Source: Alphaproteobacteria bacterium (GTDB lineage: Bacteria > Pseudomonadota > Alphaproteobacteria > UBA828). From it: DNA of 64,000 nucleotides. The stretch covers positions 1,344,001 to 1,408,000 of the forward strand of contig CBDEFM010000002.1 in the NCBI GenBank assembly GCA_965237415.1, read 5' to 3'. The notes under the pieces are model-generated. The model saw nothing but the letters and a program-made list of their open reading frames with translations, searched no databases and was not told the DNA's origin. Position numbers and translations under genes: made by a program. This document shows, piece by piece, positions 19,906 through 30,447 of this stretch (position 1 is the stretch's first letter; every line of letters begins with the position of its first letter).

Positions 19906-19984
19906 TGCCGTTGGAGTTCTTATCCTGATTGACGTGTAGGACTCATCCTGTTTGCCGCGCGGAACTCATCCTGATTGGCGCGCC
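19906..19984. repeat. Three imperfect ~23-bp direct repeats at the edge of a low-GC insert
   Basis: TGCCGTTGGAGTTCTTATCCTGAT / TGACGTGTAGGACTCATCCTGTT / TGCCGCGCGGAACTCATCCTGAT. Confidence 0.6.
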
Positions 19985-20344
19985 TTAGGAATTGCCAGAT
20001 GACCACCATCTCTGCACACGCCGATTACCCGATGATACTCTCTCCTTGATTGACCTGGCGGCCACTTCCATCGCCGATCCCCGCACTGTCTGAAAATGGG
20101 GCAGCATCTGCTAGAAGGTTGTGCAAAATCAAACAGGAGGAAGTACGCTAAGGCGCTTATTCTCTCCTGAAAACCTACGTGTGCATGCGGAGTATCAATG
20201 TTAGGAGAAAACCGTTCTTGTACGATCTTCGAGAGCAAAGTGGCGAATGTTGATTAATAAACTTCCCGAGCGGAACCCTAGCACGATGACTTGACTGGTT
20301 CAGAGACCGCACGGTGCCTCATTGGTATTGTGGAGAAATCGACT

Positions 20345-20954
20345 ATGAAGTTATTGCCGTACAGTCAAAAACTTCGCATCAACACTTTGCGGGTTCTTGC
20401 TCTTTGTGTCTTGCCGATACCACTCTTCATCAGACCGTATTACGATGAGACCTTGCTTGGCGAAGTCTTGGAGCAAGCTGGGAGTCCTACTGATCGTTGC
20501 TTGTGTGTTTGGGAGGTGCTGGACAATTCTCTACATAGGTGGCCGCAAGAACGAAACATTGGTGATGACCGGGCCATATTCTATTTGCCGCAATCCGTTG
20601 TATCTATTTTCGACCATCGGTGTGCTCGGTTTCGGACTAATGCTTCAAAGCCTTATTTATGCCGCACTGCTGACGTCAGTCGTCTTTCCGATCTTTATCT
20701 GGACGATCAGAAAGGAAGAAGCATTCCTGCGCCAGAAATTTGGGGAGAGCTACGTTACCTATGCGGATAGGACACCACGCATCGTCCCCACCAACATAAA
20801 AACTATGAACCACGCTCTTAGCTTGACCATCAATGTGCAGGTTCTAAAGCGAACGTTTCTTGATTCTATACTATTTGTCCTCTTGATTCCAATCTCTGAA
20901 GTTTTCGAAATTCTTCGCGAATTGAATACGGCTGCAACGTTCGTGTTATACTGA
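20345..20954 (+). pseudogene. Isoprenylcysteine carboxyl methyltransferase (ICMT/PEMT) family membrane protein, frameshifted
   Basis: MKLLPYSQKLR...EVLEQAG joins VLLIVACVFGRCW...LVMTGPYSICRNPLY...EEAFL..KFGESY..Y..RTPR after removing one G at 20480-20482; low GC. Confidence 0.8.
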
Positions 20955-21196
20955 CGAGCTAAGCCACTACAAAGACACGTTTCTGACCGACCTATCGAAG
21001 TCGTGTGTGTTTCCGACTACCGCCCGGGGAAAGCCGCACCGGGCGTAGCGCATCCACGCGCACGCGCGCTCGATGCGGGACATCGGGCCAGCGGCTTGAC
21101 GCACGCTCTCGGCCGGAGGGCGTGGCCCTTCGGGCTATGTCCGGGGTGAGAATTTCGGGCTGGAGCAACGTGACGCCGGCGCGCGCCAACTGACGT

Positions 21197-21592
21197 CTAG
21201 ATGCGCGCGACACCCGCCCTGGCGCAATCCTCGTCCTCCTCGCCGGTGCCGCCGCCGACACCGCAGGCACCGATGACCTGGCCGTCGCGGATGATCGGCA
21301 CGGCGCCCCGGCCGAGGATCATGTGCCCGCCGTCGGCCGTGACGATGCCGCGGAAGGTCGGGTGATCCGCGCGCTCGGTGAGGTCGCCGCTCGGCCGCCC
21401 GAAGGCGGCGGACGCGACGGCCTTGCCCTGGCAGCCGTAGACAGCGGCCCAGATGGCGCCGTCCATGCGCTGGAACGAGACCAGACGCCCGCCGGCATCG
21501 CAGACCGCGACGCAGACCAGGATATCGATGCTCGTCGCGTGCGCGATCGCGCCAGCGGCGATGCGGTTGGCTTCGTCGAGTGTGAGCGCCAT
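21197..21592 (-). CDS. GlcG/HbpS heme-binding family protein
   Basis: LTLDEA, VAVCDAGG, RMDGA, KA..SA and GACGVGGG motifs. Confidence 0.9.
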   Translation of the reverse strand: MALTLDEANRIAAGAIAHATSIDILVCVAVCDAGGRLVSFQRMDGAIWAAVYGCQGKAVASAAFGRPSGDLTERADHPTFRGIVTADGGHMILGRGAVPIIRDGQVIGACGVGGGTGEEDEDCARAGVARI

Positions 21593-21629
21593 GACGTTTC
21601 TCCTTCTGTAGCCGGCGGCCAGCGCACTG

Positions 21630-24600
21630 TTACTCGGCGGCCTCCGGGAGCGGTTCGGCCCGCTCCGCCGCCGGTCCGTAGCCGCCGCCGGTCGGGGTCT
21701 GCAACACGAAAACGTCGCCCGGCCCGACAGACGTGCCCTCCCGCCCCGAAAGCTCAGTCACCGTGCCGTCCGCCCGCTCGATCCAGTTGCGGCCGCACTG
21801 GCCGGGCTCGCCGCCCGCCATGCCGTAAGGCGGCACGATGCGGTGATTCGAGACGATAACGAGCTCCATGTCTTCGAGGAAGCGGATGCGCCGGTCGCAG
21901 CCCGAGCCGCCGACATAGGCACCCGCGCCGCCGGAGCCGTGCCGGACGGAGAAGCTGACCAGCATCACCGGGTAGCGCCATTCCAGCACCTCGGGGTCGG
22001 TGAGGCGCGTGTTGGTCATGTGCGTGTGCACGGCCGAGGTGCCGTCGAAGCCCGGGCCCGCGCCGGAGCCGCCGCACACCGTCTCGTAGTACTGGTGCGT
22101 GTCGTTGCCGAAGATGACGTTGTTCATCGTCCCCTGGCTCGCCGCGAGCACGCCGAGGGCGCCGAACAGCGCGTCCGTCACCGCCTGGCTGGTTTCGGTG
22201 TTGCCGGCGACGACGGCGGCCGGATATTCCGGCGCCAGCATGCAGCCCTTTGGGATGACGATGTTGATGGGCTTCAGGCAGCCCTCGTTCAGCGGGATGT
22301 TGTCGTCCACCAGGGCGCGGAAGACGTAGAGCACGGCCGAGCGGCAGACCGCCGACGGCGCGTTGAAGTTGGTCGGCCGCTGCGGGCTGGTGCCGGTGAA
22401 GTCGACGGTCGCTTCGCGCTTCTCCTTGTCGAAGCTGATCTTCACCCTGATCGTGCCGCCTTCGTCGAGCGGATAGGCGAACTCGCCGTCCGCCATCACG
22501 TCGATGACGCGGCGGACCTGCTCCTCGGCATTGTCCTGGACGTGGCGCATGTAGGCGTGGACCACATCGAGGCCGAACTGCTCGATCATGCGGTGGACCT
22601 CGCCGACGCCCCTGTTGCCGGCGGCGATCTGCGCCTTGAGATCGGCGACGTTGTGGTCGGGCTGGCGCGCCGGGTAGCGGCCCGCGGCGAGATGCGCGCG
22701 TAGTTTGTCCTCCAGGAAGACGCCGGCATCCACCAGCTTGAAGTTGTCGAAGAGGATGCCTTCCTCCTCCACGGTCCGGCTGTCCGGCGGCGTGGAGCCC
22801 GGCGTGCGCCCGCCGATATCGGCGTGGTGGCCGCGGCTCGCGACGAAGAACAGGATCTCCTCCCCCGCCATGTCGAAGATGGGGGTGATGACCGTGACGT
22901 CCGGCAGGTGGGTACCGCCGTTGTAGGGCGCGTTCACCACGTAGACATCGCCCGGCTTCAGGGCGCCGCGGTTCTCCTGCAGCACGGTGCGGACCGATTC
23001 GCCCATCGAGCCGAGATGGATCGGGATGTGCGGCGCGTTGGCGACCAGATTGCCGTCGGGGTCGAAGAGCGCGCAGGAGAAATCGAGCCGCTCCTTGATG
23101 TTCACGGAATAGGCGGTGTTCTCCAGCGTCACACCCATCTGCTCGGCGATCGACATGAAGAGATTGTTGAACACCTCGAGCATGACCGGGTCGCACTCGG
23201 TGCCCACCGCGAAGGTCCGCTCGAGAGGGACGACGCGGGTGAGAACCAGGTGGCTCTTCGCCGTGAGTTCGGCTTGCCAGCCGGGCTCGACGACGGTCGT
23301 GGCGGTCTGCTCGCGGACGATGGCGGGGCCGGTGACGCGGTTGCCGGGCACGAGCACGTCCCGGTCATAGACCGGCGTCTCGTGCTCACGCCCGTCCATG
23401 TGCGCCGTCACCAGAGCAAGACGCGGCACGTCGTCGGGTGTCGCCCGGTCGCTGCGGTCCGCCTCCTGTGTCTCCGCCATCACGCCGATGCCTTCGACCG
23501 CTGCGGCTTCGACGATCAGCCTCTTCTCCGGCATGATGAAGCCGTAGTGCCGGTGGTGCGCGGCCTCGAAGCGGGCCGTCATCTCCGCGGGCGTCCCGAA
23601 CTCGATCGCGTGCGGCGTGTCGCTCCCCTCGTAGCGGATGTGCGCGCGGCGGATGATCTCGATCCGTTCGTCGGGAATGTCCTGTTCCGTGAGTTCCGTT
23701 TCGACCTGGGCGGCGAGATCGTCGAGCGCCGCCGTAAGCTGCGACATCAGCGCATCGTCGAGGGGCGCTTCGACCGCCTTCTCCCTGAGCGCCCCGATGT
23801 CGGCGAGACCCATGCCGTAGGCGGAGAGAACGCCGGCGAAGGGGTGGATCAGGACCGTGGTCATGCCCAGCGCATCCGCCACCAGGCAGGCGTGCTGACC
23901 GCCCGCGCCGCCGAAGCAGTTGAGCGTGTAGCCGGTCACGTCGTAGCCGCGCTGCACGGAGATCTTCTTGATCGCGTTGGCCATGTTCTCGACCGCGATC
24001 TTGAGGAAGCCGGCGGCGACTTCCACCGGCGTGCGCTCGTCGCCGGTAGTCTCCCGTATCTCCACCGCGAGGGCCGCGAATTTATCGCGCACCGTGGCGG
24101 CATCCAGCGGCTCGTCCTGGCCGGGGCCGAAGACATGGGGAAAGAACGCCGGCTGCAGCGTGCCCAGCATGACGTTGCAGTCGGTGACGCAAAGCGGCCC
24201 GCCGCGCCGGTAGCTGGCAGGGCCGGGATCGGCGCCCGCGGACTCAGGCCCGACGCGATAGCGCGCGCCATCGAAGAAGCAGATCGAGCCGCCGCCCGCC
24301 GCCACCGTGTGAATCAGCATCATCGGTGCGCGCATGCGCACGCCCGCCACCAGGGTCTCGAAGGCGCGCTCGTATTCGCCGTCGTAGTGCGCGACGTCCG
24401 TCGACGTGCCGCCCATGTCGAAGGAGATGATCTTGTCGAAGCCGGCCTGCCCCGCCGTCTCCACCGCGCCGACGATGCCGCCGGCCGGGCCGCTCAAGAT
24501 GGCGTCCTTGCCCTGGAAGAGCGTGGCGTCGGTGAGGCCCCCGCTCGACTGCATGAACATGAGCCGGGTGCCGCCCAGCTCCGCCGCCACCTGATCGACA

Positions 24601-25274
24601 TAGCGGCGCAGCAGGGGCGAGAGGTAGGCGTCGACCACCGTCGTGTCGCCGCGGCTCACGAGCTTCATCAGCGGGCTCGTCTCGTGGCTCGTCGAAATCT
24701 GGGTGAAGCCGATTTCGCGCGCGAGTGCGGCCGCCGCCTGCTCATGGGCGGGGAAGCGGTAGCCGTGCATGAAGACGATCGCGACGGAGCGGATGCCGTC
24801 GTCGAAGGCGGCCTGGAGCAAGGGCCGCGCCGCCGCCCCATCCAACGCACGGAGCACCGTGCCGTCCGCCATCACCCGCTCGTCCGCCTCCACCACCCGC
24901 TCGTACAGCATCGTGGGCAGCACGATCTGGCGGTCGAAGAGGTTGGGCCGCGTCTGGTAGCCGATACGCAGCGCATCGGCGAAGCCCGTCGTCGTGACCA
25001 GCAGCGTGCGGTCGCCCTGGCGCTCCAGCAGGGCGTTGGTCGCGACCGTCGTGCCCATCTTGACGACGTCGATCTCGGAGCCGGGAATTGGCGTGCCGGC
25101 GGCGACACCCATGAGATCGCGAATGCCCTGGATCGCCGCGTCGCGGTAGTGCTCGGGGTTCTCCGAGAGCAGCTTGCGCGTCACCAGCACGCCGCCGGGT
25201 CGGCGCCCCACGATGTCGGTGAAGGTTCCGCCCCGGTCGATCCAGAACTGCCAATGCGGCTGGGTCTCAGCCAT
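21630..25274 (-). CDS. 5-oxoprolinase (fused hydantoinase A+B, ATP-hydrolysing)
   Basis: 1214 aa; [47 protein letters not shown]. Confidence 0.95.
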   Translation of the reverse strand: MAETQPHWQFWIDRGGTFTDIVGRRPGGVLVTRKLLSENPEHYRDAAIQGIRDLMGVAAGTPIPGSEIDVVKMGTTVATNALLERQGDRTLLVTTTGFADALRIGYQTRPNLFDRQIVLPTMLYERVVEADERVMADGTVLRALDGAAARPLLQAAFDDGIRSVAIVFMHGYRFPAHEQAAAALAREIGFTQISTSHETSPLMKLVSRGDTTVVDAYLSPLLRRYVDQVAAELGGTRLMFMQSSGGLTDATLFQGKDAILSGPAGGIVGAVETAGQAGFDKIISFDMGGTSTDVAHYDGEYERAFETLVAGVRMRAPMMLIHTVAAGGGSICFFDGARYRVGPESAGADPGPASYRRGGPLCVTDCNVMLGTLQPAFFPHVFGPGQDEPLDAATVRDKFAALAVEIRETTGDERTPVEVAAGFLKIAVENMANAIKKISVQRGYDVTGYTLNCFGGAGGQHACLVADALGMTTVLIHPFAGVLSAYGMGLADIGALREKAVEAPLDDALMSQLTAALDDLAAQVETELTEQDIPDERIEIIRRAHIRYEGSDTPHAIEFGTPAEMTARFEAAHHRHYGFIMPEKRLIVEAAAVEGIGVMAETQEADRSDRATPDDVPRLALVTAHMDGREHETPVYDRDVLVPGNRVTGPAIVREQTATTVVEPGWQAELTAKSHLVLTRVVPLERTFAVGTECDPVMLEVFNNLFMSIAEQMGVTLENTAYSVNIKERLDFSCALFDPDGNLVANAPHIPIHLGSMGESVRTVLQENRGALKPGDVYVVNAPYNGGTHLPDVTVITPIFDMAGEEILFFVASRGHHADIGGRTPGSTPPDSRTVEEEGILFDNFKLVDAGVFLEDKLRAHLAAGRYPARQPDHNVADLKAQIAAGNRGVGEVHRMIEQFGLDVVHAYMRHVQDNAEEQVRRVIDVMADGEFAYPLDEGGTIRVKISFDKEKREATVDFTGTSPQRPTNFNAPSAVCRSAVLYVFRALVDDNIPLNEGCLKPINIVIPKGCMLAPEYPAAVVAGNTETSQAVTDALFGALGVLAASQGTMNNVIFGNDTHQYYETVCGGSGAGPGFDGTSAVHTHMTNTRLTDPEVLEWRYPVMLVSFSVRHGSGGAGAYVGGSGCDRRIRFLEDMELVIVSNHRIVPPYGMAGGEPGQCGRNWIERADGTVTELSGREGTSVGPGDVFVLQTPTGGGYGPAAERAEPLPEAAE

Positions 25275-25321
25275 GACGCAAGGCTCCCGCTATCGAACGA
25301 ACGTTGTCTGGGCTCAGGCCG

Positions 25322-26101
25322 TCAGTCGGCAAGCGCGATGGCGTCGCCGGCCCTGACCGGCCCTTCCTTGATCACCGCCGCGTAGACCCCGGCGAAGCCA
25401 TCGCGCGTCCTGTTGACGTGCTTCAAGAGCGCGGGCGTGGTTTCGGCGGTCTCCGGATGGATGGTGATGAACTTGCAGCGCGGGTCGCGCTCCACGACCA
25501 TCAGCTCGACCGCGTCGCCGACCGTGACCCGCCGGCCCACCAGCTCGTCCTCGTAGAACCCGCCCTGCTCGCTCCAATTGACGTAGAAATTGGCGCGGAA
25601 CTGCAGCTTGTGGACGTCGATGCCGGTCTCCTCGGCGAGCTGGTCCACTGTCTGCAGGGAAAAGAGCGTGACGGGGCGGCAATCGACCAAGCTGCGCTGG
25701 GTGAAGCGCAGCGAGAGCGCGCCCTTGGACTTGTCCTTAATCCCGTCCAGGAAGGCCGGGTCCTCGATGTCCACGACGGAGCCGTCGGGGCGCTCGACCT
25801 CCACGGCGAAGGCGTCGGCCTCGGGGAAGGGCGCGTGGACATTGGCGGGATGGCCCATCGCCTCTTCCATATTGTCGGGCTTGAGCGTCCCGTTGCGCTC
25901 CTTGAAACGCGCCTGGTAGAGGACGAGATCCTCCTGCTCCCGCGCCGTGTGCCAGGGGAAGGATTTTGGCGCGGCGGTGGACGCGACCGCATAGACCCGA
26001 TCGCCCATCAGCCCGGTAAAGGCGACGAAGATTTCGTCGACCTCTTCGCCCCGCATGCTCTTCACCGGATAGCGCCAGATGCTCTCCACCCTACCCAACA
26101 T
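25322..26101 (-). CDS. MOSC domain-containing protein
   Basis: IWRYPVKSMRGE, GDR, FRANF, RC and GVYA.VIKEG.V.AGD motifs. Confidence 0.9.
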   Translation of the reverse strand: MLGRVESIWRYPVKSMRGEEVDEIFVAFTGLMGDRVYAVASTAAPKSFPWHTAREQEDLVLYQARFKERNGTLKPDNMEEAMGHPANVHAPFPEADAFAVEVERPDGSVVDIEDPAFLDGIKDKSKGALSLRFTQRSLVDCRPVTLFSLQTVDQLAEETGIDVHKLQFRANFYVNWSEQGGFYEDELVGRRVTVGDAVELMVVERDPRCKFITIHPETAETTPALLKHVNRTRDGFAGVYAAVIKEGPVRAGDAIALAD

Positions 26102-26181
26102 CGCTCCCTCTCCCTTCTCGAGTCAGCTCTGTCTGCCGACGATATCACCGGTGGCCGGGCCAGGCTTCCCTACTGTGTCTC

Positions 26182-27642
26182 TTATGCCGCCCAGGGGTCT
26201 TCCACCCGGGGCCAGTAGGGCTTCGCCAGCTTGGTGTAGGGGATCGCCGCGAAGTCGGGCGGGATCGCGCCGGGTGCCGCGACGTAGAGGATCTCCGCCG
26301 CGATGGGCGCGAAGCCCGCGTGGAAGTGCTGGGTGGACTTGACCACGACGATCTTCTTGTCGGCGGGATCGAGCCCCACGGCCGTGAAGGCATCGGGGTG
26401 AAAGACCTGGGTGCGGATGGTGTTGAGCACGAGGTCGAGACCGCCGTCCGCCCTCACCCACGCCGCATCGCCGATTCTGTTGCGGGCCGAGCCGAAGGTC
26501 TGATCGGCGCCTGTGACGATACGTTTGACGTTGACCGCGAGGTCCACCGGATCGCCGGAATCGGGGCCGCACTTGCCGCCGATGCGGAGGTTGAGCCGAG
26601 CCCCCTCCCCTGCCTCCACGCAAAACCGCACCGCCACCGGGTCCCAGTAGAGCCCGCTCGCGACATCGCCGATCCCGCGCGCGATCAGGCGCTCCAGGAT
26701 GAAGGTGGAATCGCTCGGTGCGCCGCCGCCGGCATTGTCCGAGACGTCCGCCAGCACGACCGGCCCGCCGTCGATGGCCAAGGCACGGTCAAGGGCTTCG
26801 TCTACACCGAAGGCGGTGGGCCGGGTCTCGTCGCGCATCGCCCAGAGCCGGGCAGCGAGATCGGCGGCGAGCGCGGCCGCCTTGTCCCGGTCGCCGTCGG
26901 CCACCACCAGCGTCTTGGCGCCGACCTCGGCCACGTCGCCCCACGGGAAGCCGTGGCCGAAGGAAACCGCGAGGACCCCATCCCGCCCTTCGCGCGCCTT
27001 CATGTCGGCGACGAAGGCCTGCATCTGCCCGCTCGTGGTGCGCCACATGCTGATCATCCGGCAGTCGTGGGCAGCCATGACCGGCCGAGTGCGCCCCAGG
27101 GCCGCCTCGTGACAGAGCCGGAACAGGTCTTCCGCCCGCTCGCCGATGTCGATGTGGGGATACTCCTTGTAGGTGATGAGCGCCGTCGCCGCCTCCAGCA
27201 TCAGCGGCGTGATGTGGCAGTGGAGGTCGAGCTCGCCGCCGAGCACGGTGTCCGGTCCGATGATCTCGCGCAGGCGGGCCAGCAGGTCGCCCTCGCAGTC
27301 GTCGTAGTCCTCCGCCACCATGGCGCCGTGCATGTTGACGAGCACGAGGTCGAGCGGCAGCGCGGCCTTGGCCTGCGCGAGGATTCGGTCGCGATAGCCC
27401 TCGTAGACGCGGCGGATCGTCCGCCCCGCCGGTTGGGCGAAGGCACAGAGCCCTTCGACGACCTCGTGCCCCTGTTCTTCGGCCCGCGTGCGCCAAATGT
27501 GTAGCGGCTGGCTGAAGGGCGTGGGCGCATGGCGGGTCGCATCGCCGTCGAAGTACGCCGTATCCAGGTACGTCTGCTCGCCGGTCGGCAGCGAGGAGAA
27601 GGTGTTGGTCTCGGTCCCGAGACAGGCGATGAAGACGCGCAT
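26182..27642 (-). CDS. M81 family metallopeptidase (MlrC-like)
   Basis: ETNTFS, HGAMVAE..DDCEGD, LDLHCH, YKEYPHID, DNAGGG, VVKSTQHF. Confidence 0.92.
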   Translation of the reverse strand: MRVFIACLGTETNTFSSLPTGEQTYLDTAYFDGDATRHAPTPFSQPLHIWRTRAEEQGHEVVEGLCAFAQPAGRTIRRVYEGYRDRILAQAKAALPLDLVLVNMHGAMVAEDYDDCEGDLLARLREIIGPDTVLGGELDLHCHITPLMLEAATALITYKEYPHIDIGERAEDLFRLCHEAALGRTRPVMAAHDCRMISMWRTTSGQMQAFVADMKAREGRDGVLAVSFGHGFPWGDVAEVGAKTLVVADGDRDKAAALAADLAARLWAMRDETRPTAFGVDEALDRALAIDGGPVVLADVSDNAGGGAPSDSTFILERLIARGIGDVASGLYWDPVAVRFCVEAGEGARLNLRIGGKCGPDSGDPVDLAVNVKRIVTGADQTFGSARNRIGDAAWVRADGGLDLVLNTIRTQVFHPDAFTAVGLDPADKKIVVVKSTQHFHAGFAPIAAEILYVAAPGAIPPDFAAIPYTKLAKPYWPRVEDPWAA

Positions 27643-27809
27643 GGTCGCTTCCTCCCCATGGCCGCCCGGAATACGAGGCCCCGTCGCTACGCACCCGGAT
27701 ACAGCTGCCTCCGCGAAGCTACCGTGAGCGGGACGATGCTTCCAGGCAGGCGGCGCGGGCGGCATAATCGCGGCGCGCCGGTGGACGGGCGAACGAAAGG
27801 GGCAGCATC

Positions 27810-28838
27810 ATGGAAGTCGGGCTTTACGGAAACACCCACGGTCAATCCTATCGCGACGACGTGAACATGTTCCTCCACCACACGCCGGTGGAGGAGATGG
27901 ACCCGATCCGGGTGGCGCTCACCGCCGAGCGCGCGGGCATTCACTCGATCTGGTATCCCGACCATGTCTGCATGCCCTTCGATTCCGAGAGCTTCCACAC
28001 GGCCAACGTGTCCGGCCAGCGCGCCTACCAGCGCCGCCACAACATGCTGGACGGCGCCGTCGTCATGGGCGCCGTCGCGGTCCAGACCACGACGCTGAAG
28101 CTCGGGACCAGCGTGCTCATCGCGCCTTACCGGCATCCTCTCTCGGACGCGCGCCAGTTCATGACCGTGGATCACCTCTCGAACGGCCGGCTCATGCTCG
28201 GCGTCGGCGTCGGCTGGATGGTCGAGGAGTTCGAGGCCGTCGGCATCGACTTTGAGGAGCGCAACCGGCGCACCGAAGAGTGCATCCAGATCTACAAGGC
28301 CTCGTGGACCGGCGACCTCGCCACCTTCGAGGGCAACTACTACAGCTTCAGGAACGTCTCCCAGGACCCGAAGCCGGTGCAGAAGCCGCATCCGCCCATC
28401 GTCTTCGGCGGCAACACGATCCGGGGCGCGCGCCGCGCGGCCCGCTTCTGCAATGGGCTCTATCCGCTATTCCTCGATTCGCACGTCGAGGCCGGCCGTT
28501 ACGCCCCATTGCAGGACGAGGTGCGCCGCGAGCTCGAGGCTCAGGATCGCAGCCCGTCCGACTTCCTGATGCAATGCGCCGCGTCGGCGCGGATCACCGA
28601 CGCCGACGATCCGGCCGCGCAGGCCAAGCCGCGTCGCACCTGCACCGGTACGGGCGAGCAGATTGTCGAGGACCTCGCGCAGTTCGCGGAGGCCGGCTAC
28701 TCGATGGCGGTCTGCATGCTGGAATGCCCGTCGGGCACGCTTTCCGAACAGCTCGACCAGATCGAGCGCTTCGGCGCCGAGGTGATCCCCGAGGCCAAGA
28801 AGCTCAAGCCGGCCGGCGAGTGGAAGCCCGTCACCTGA
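27810..28838 (+). CDS. LLM class flavin/F420-dependent oxidoreductase
   Basis: SIWYPDH, LKLGTSVLIAPYRHP, DHLSNGRLMLGVGVGW..EEF, PKPVQKPHPPI. Confidence 0.92.
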   Translation: MEVGLYGNTHGQSYRDDVNMFLHHTPVEEMDPIRVALTAERAGIHSIWYPDHVCMPFDSESFHTANVSGQRAYQRRHNMLDGAVVMGAVAVQTTTLKLGTSVLIAPYRHPLSDARQFMTVDHLSNGRLMLGVGVGWMVEEFEAVGIDFEERNRRTEECIQIYKASWTGDLATFEGNYYSFRNVSQDPKPVQKPHPPIVFGGNTIRGARRAARFCNGLYPLFLDSHVEAGRYAPLQDEVRRELEAQDRSPSDFLMQCAASARITDADDPAAQAKPRRTCTGTGEQIVEDLAQFAEAGYSMAVCMLECPSGTLSEQLDQIERFGAEVIPEAKKLKPAGEWKPVT

Positions 28839-28897
28839 CGGGCGAAAACACGTCGCAGGGGGTGAAGGCGGCGGGTGCAGGGACCCCTTAAAGAGGC

Positions 28898-29620
28898 TCA
28901 GCCCGGCGCGGGCCGTGCGCGTTGGTTGTAAAGGAGCTTGTGGCGGCGCTGCTTCTCTTCGTCCGAAAGCGTGTCGGGGTCTTCGGGCAGATCGGTGCCG
29001 ACCGCCATGCCCCGCTGCACTGCCTCCCGCGCCGACAGCTCCTCGTACCAGCGCTTGAAGTACTTGAACTCGTCCAGGTCCTGCCCCTGCGCCTCCCAAT
29101 ACACAGTCCAGGGGTAGGAGATCATGTCGGCGATGGTGTAGTCGTCGCCGGCCATATAGGGGCGGTCGTAGAGCCGGTTGTTCATCACGCCGTAGAGCCG
29201 GTTGACTTCGTTGCTGAAGCGGGTCAGCGCGTAGCTCTGGTCGCCCTCGTCGCCGCCGAGCCGGTTGAAGTGACCGCGCTCACCGAACTTGGGGCCCTGG
29301 TTCGCCATCTGCCACATGACCCACTGGTTGACCTCGTAGCGTCCGTGCAGGTCCTGCGGATAGAAGCGGCCGGCCTTCTCGGCGATGTACATCATCATTG
29401 CACCCGATTCGAAGATGCTGACCGGCGCGCCGCCGCCGGGCGGGTCGTCGTCCACCATCGCGGGCATGCGGTTGTTTGGGCTGATATTGAGGAATGCATC
29501 CTCGAACTGATCGCCCTTCCCGATATGGCAGGGGACGAGGCGGTAAGGCATCCCGCATTCCTCCAGCAGGACGGTCACCTTCTTGCCGTTGGGCGTCGGC
29601 CAGTAGTGCAGGTCGATCAT
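28898..29620 (-). CDS. Glutathione S-transferase (YfcG/YghU-like)
   Basis: MIDLHYWPTPNG, ISPNNRMPA, FESGA and WQMANQGP. Confidence 0.92.
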   Translation of the reverse strand: MIDLHYWPTPNGKKVTVLLEECGMPYRLVPCHIGKGDQFEDAFLNISPNNRMPAMVDDDPPGGGAPVSIFESGAMMMYIAEKAGRFYPQDLHGRYEVNQWVMWQMANQGPKFGERGHFNRLGGDEGDQSYALTRFSNEVNRLYGVMNNRLYDRPYMAGDDYTIADMISYPWTVYWEAQGQDLDEFKYFKRWYEELSAREAVQRGMAVGTDLPEDPDTLSDEEKQRRHKLLYNQRARPAPG

Positions 29621-29641
29621 GGGTTTCCTTTCCGGCTGAGA

Positions 29642-30229
29642 TCAGTCCCTGGGCGCCGTCGCGGCGACGCTGGGCCGGCTCTGCATCCCCTCGTACCACG
29701 CGGCCAGCGCCGGGCAGTCCGCCCGCCACGATGCGTCGTGGCGGAACTCCAGGTGGCCGATGCCGCAGATCACCGCGATATGGTCCATGCGGAACGACGC
29801 GGCGGAGAGAGCATCGGCCTCGGCATCGAGCGCTGCGGCGATCCGTCTCACCCGCTTCTCGTAGTGGGCCTTGAGGTTGACGCTCTGCTGGTCCGCCGGC
29901 TGGCGTTTCTGGAAGACCCAGGCGACGCTCGCCTCCGTGAGCGCCGTGCCGAGCGTCATGCGGCGCTGCCAGTCCAACCGGTCGGCCTCGGGGTAGAGCG
30001 TCGGGCCCTCGCCGATCTCGTCGAGATAGGTGCAGATGACGTGGCTGTCGTAGAGCACGGTCCCGTCGTTCAGCGCCAAAACGGGGATGAGCTTGGCCGG
30101 ATTGAGCCGTTCCAGCTCCTCGGACGTGAAGGGATTCATATTCTCGATGTCGAGCGCGATGTCATGCTCGTTTGCCACGATCGCGGCCTTCCGGCCGAAC
30201 GGCGTTGCCGGACTCGAATAGAGCTTCAT
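29642..30229 (-). CDS. Glutathione S-transferase family protein
   Basis: MKLYSSPATPFGRK, NPAKLIPVL, LYDSHVIC. Confidence 0.88.
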   Translation of the reverse strand: MKLYSSPATPFGRKAAIVANEHDIALDIENMNPFTSEELERLNPAKLIPVLALNDGTVLYDSHVICTYLDEIGEGPTLYPEADRLDWQRRMTLGTALTEASVAWVFQKRQPADQQSVNLKAHYEKRVRRIAAALDAEADALSAASFRMDHIAVICGIGHLEFRHDASWRADCPALAAWYEGMQSRPSVAATAPRD

Positions 30230-30447
30230 CGAATGCACCTCCCCGCTGGCCAGCGGGTCATAGACGGTCGCCGCACCGGTGTACAGCGCAGCCGGGAAGA
30301 ACGGCCGGTTAGCGATTGCGGGCGCCGGGGCAGGCGCCTAAGCTGCGCGGAGCGGCGTGAGTCGCCCGAAGCGGCGCGACGAATCTACCCCAGCGGCTGG
30401 GGCCCCCGGGACCGCAGCGGCGCACGCCAGAGGCGGAGGCTGAAACG

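Noticed and set aside
19906-19984. Possible mini-CRISPR array
   Set aside because: Repeats are adjacent with no spacers, degenerate, and there are no cas genes
19966-20238. 90-aa minus-strand ORF in the low-GC insert
   Set aside because: No recognisable motif or RBS; probably spurious
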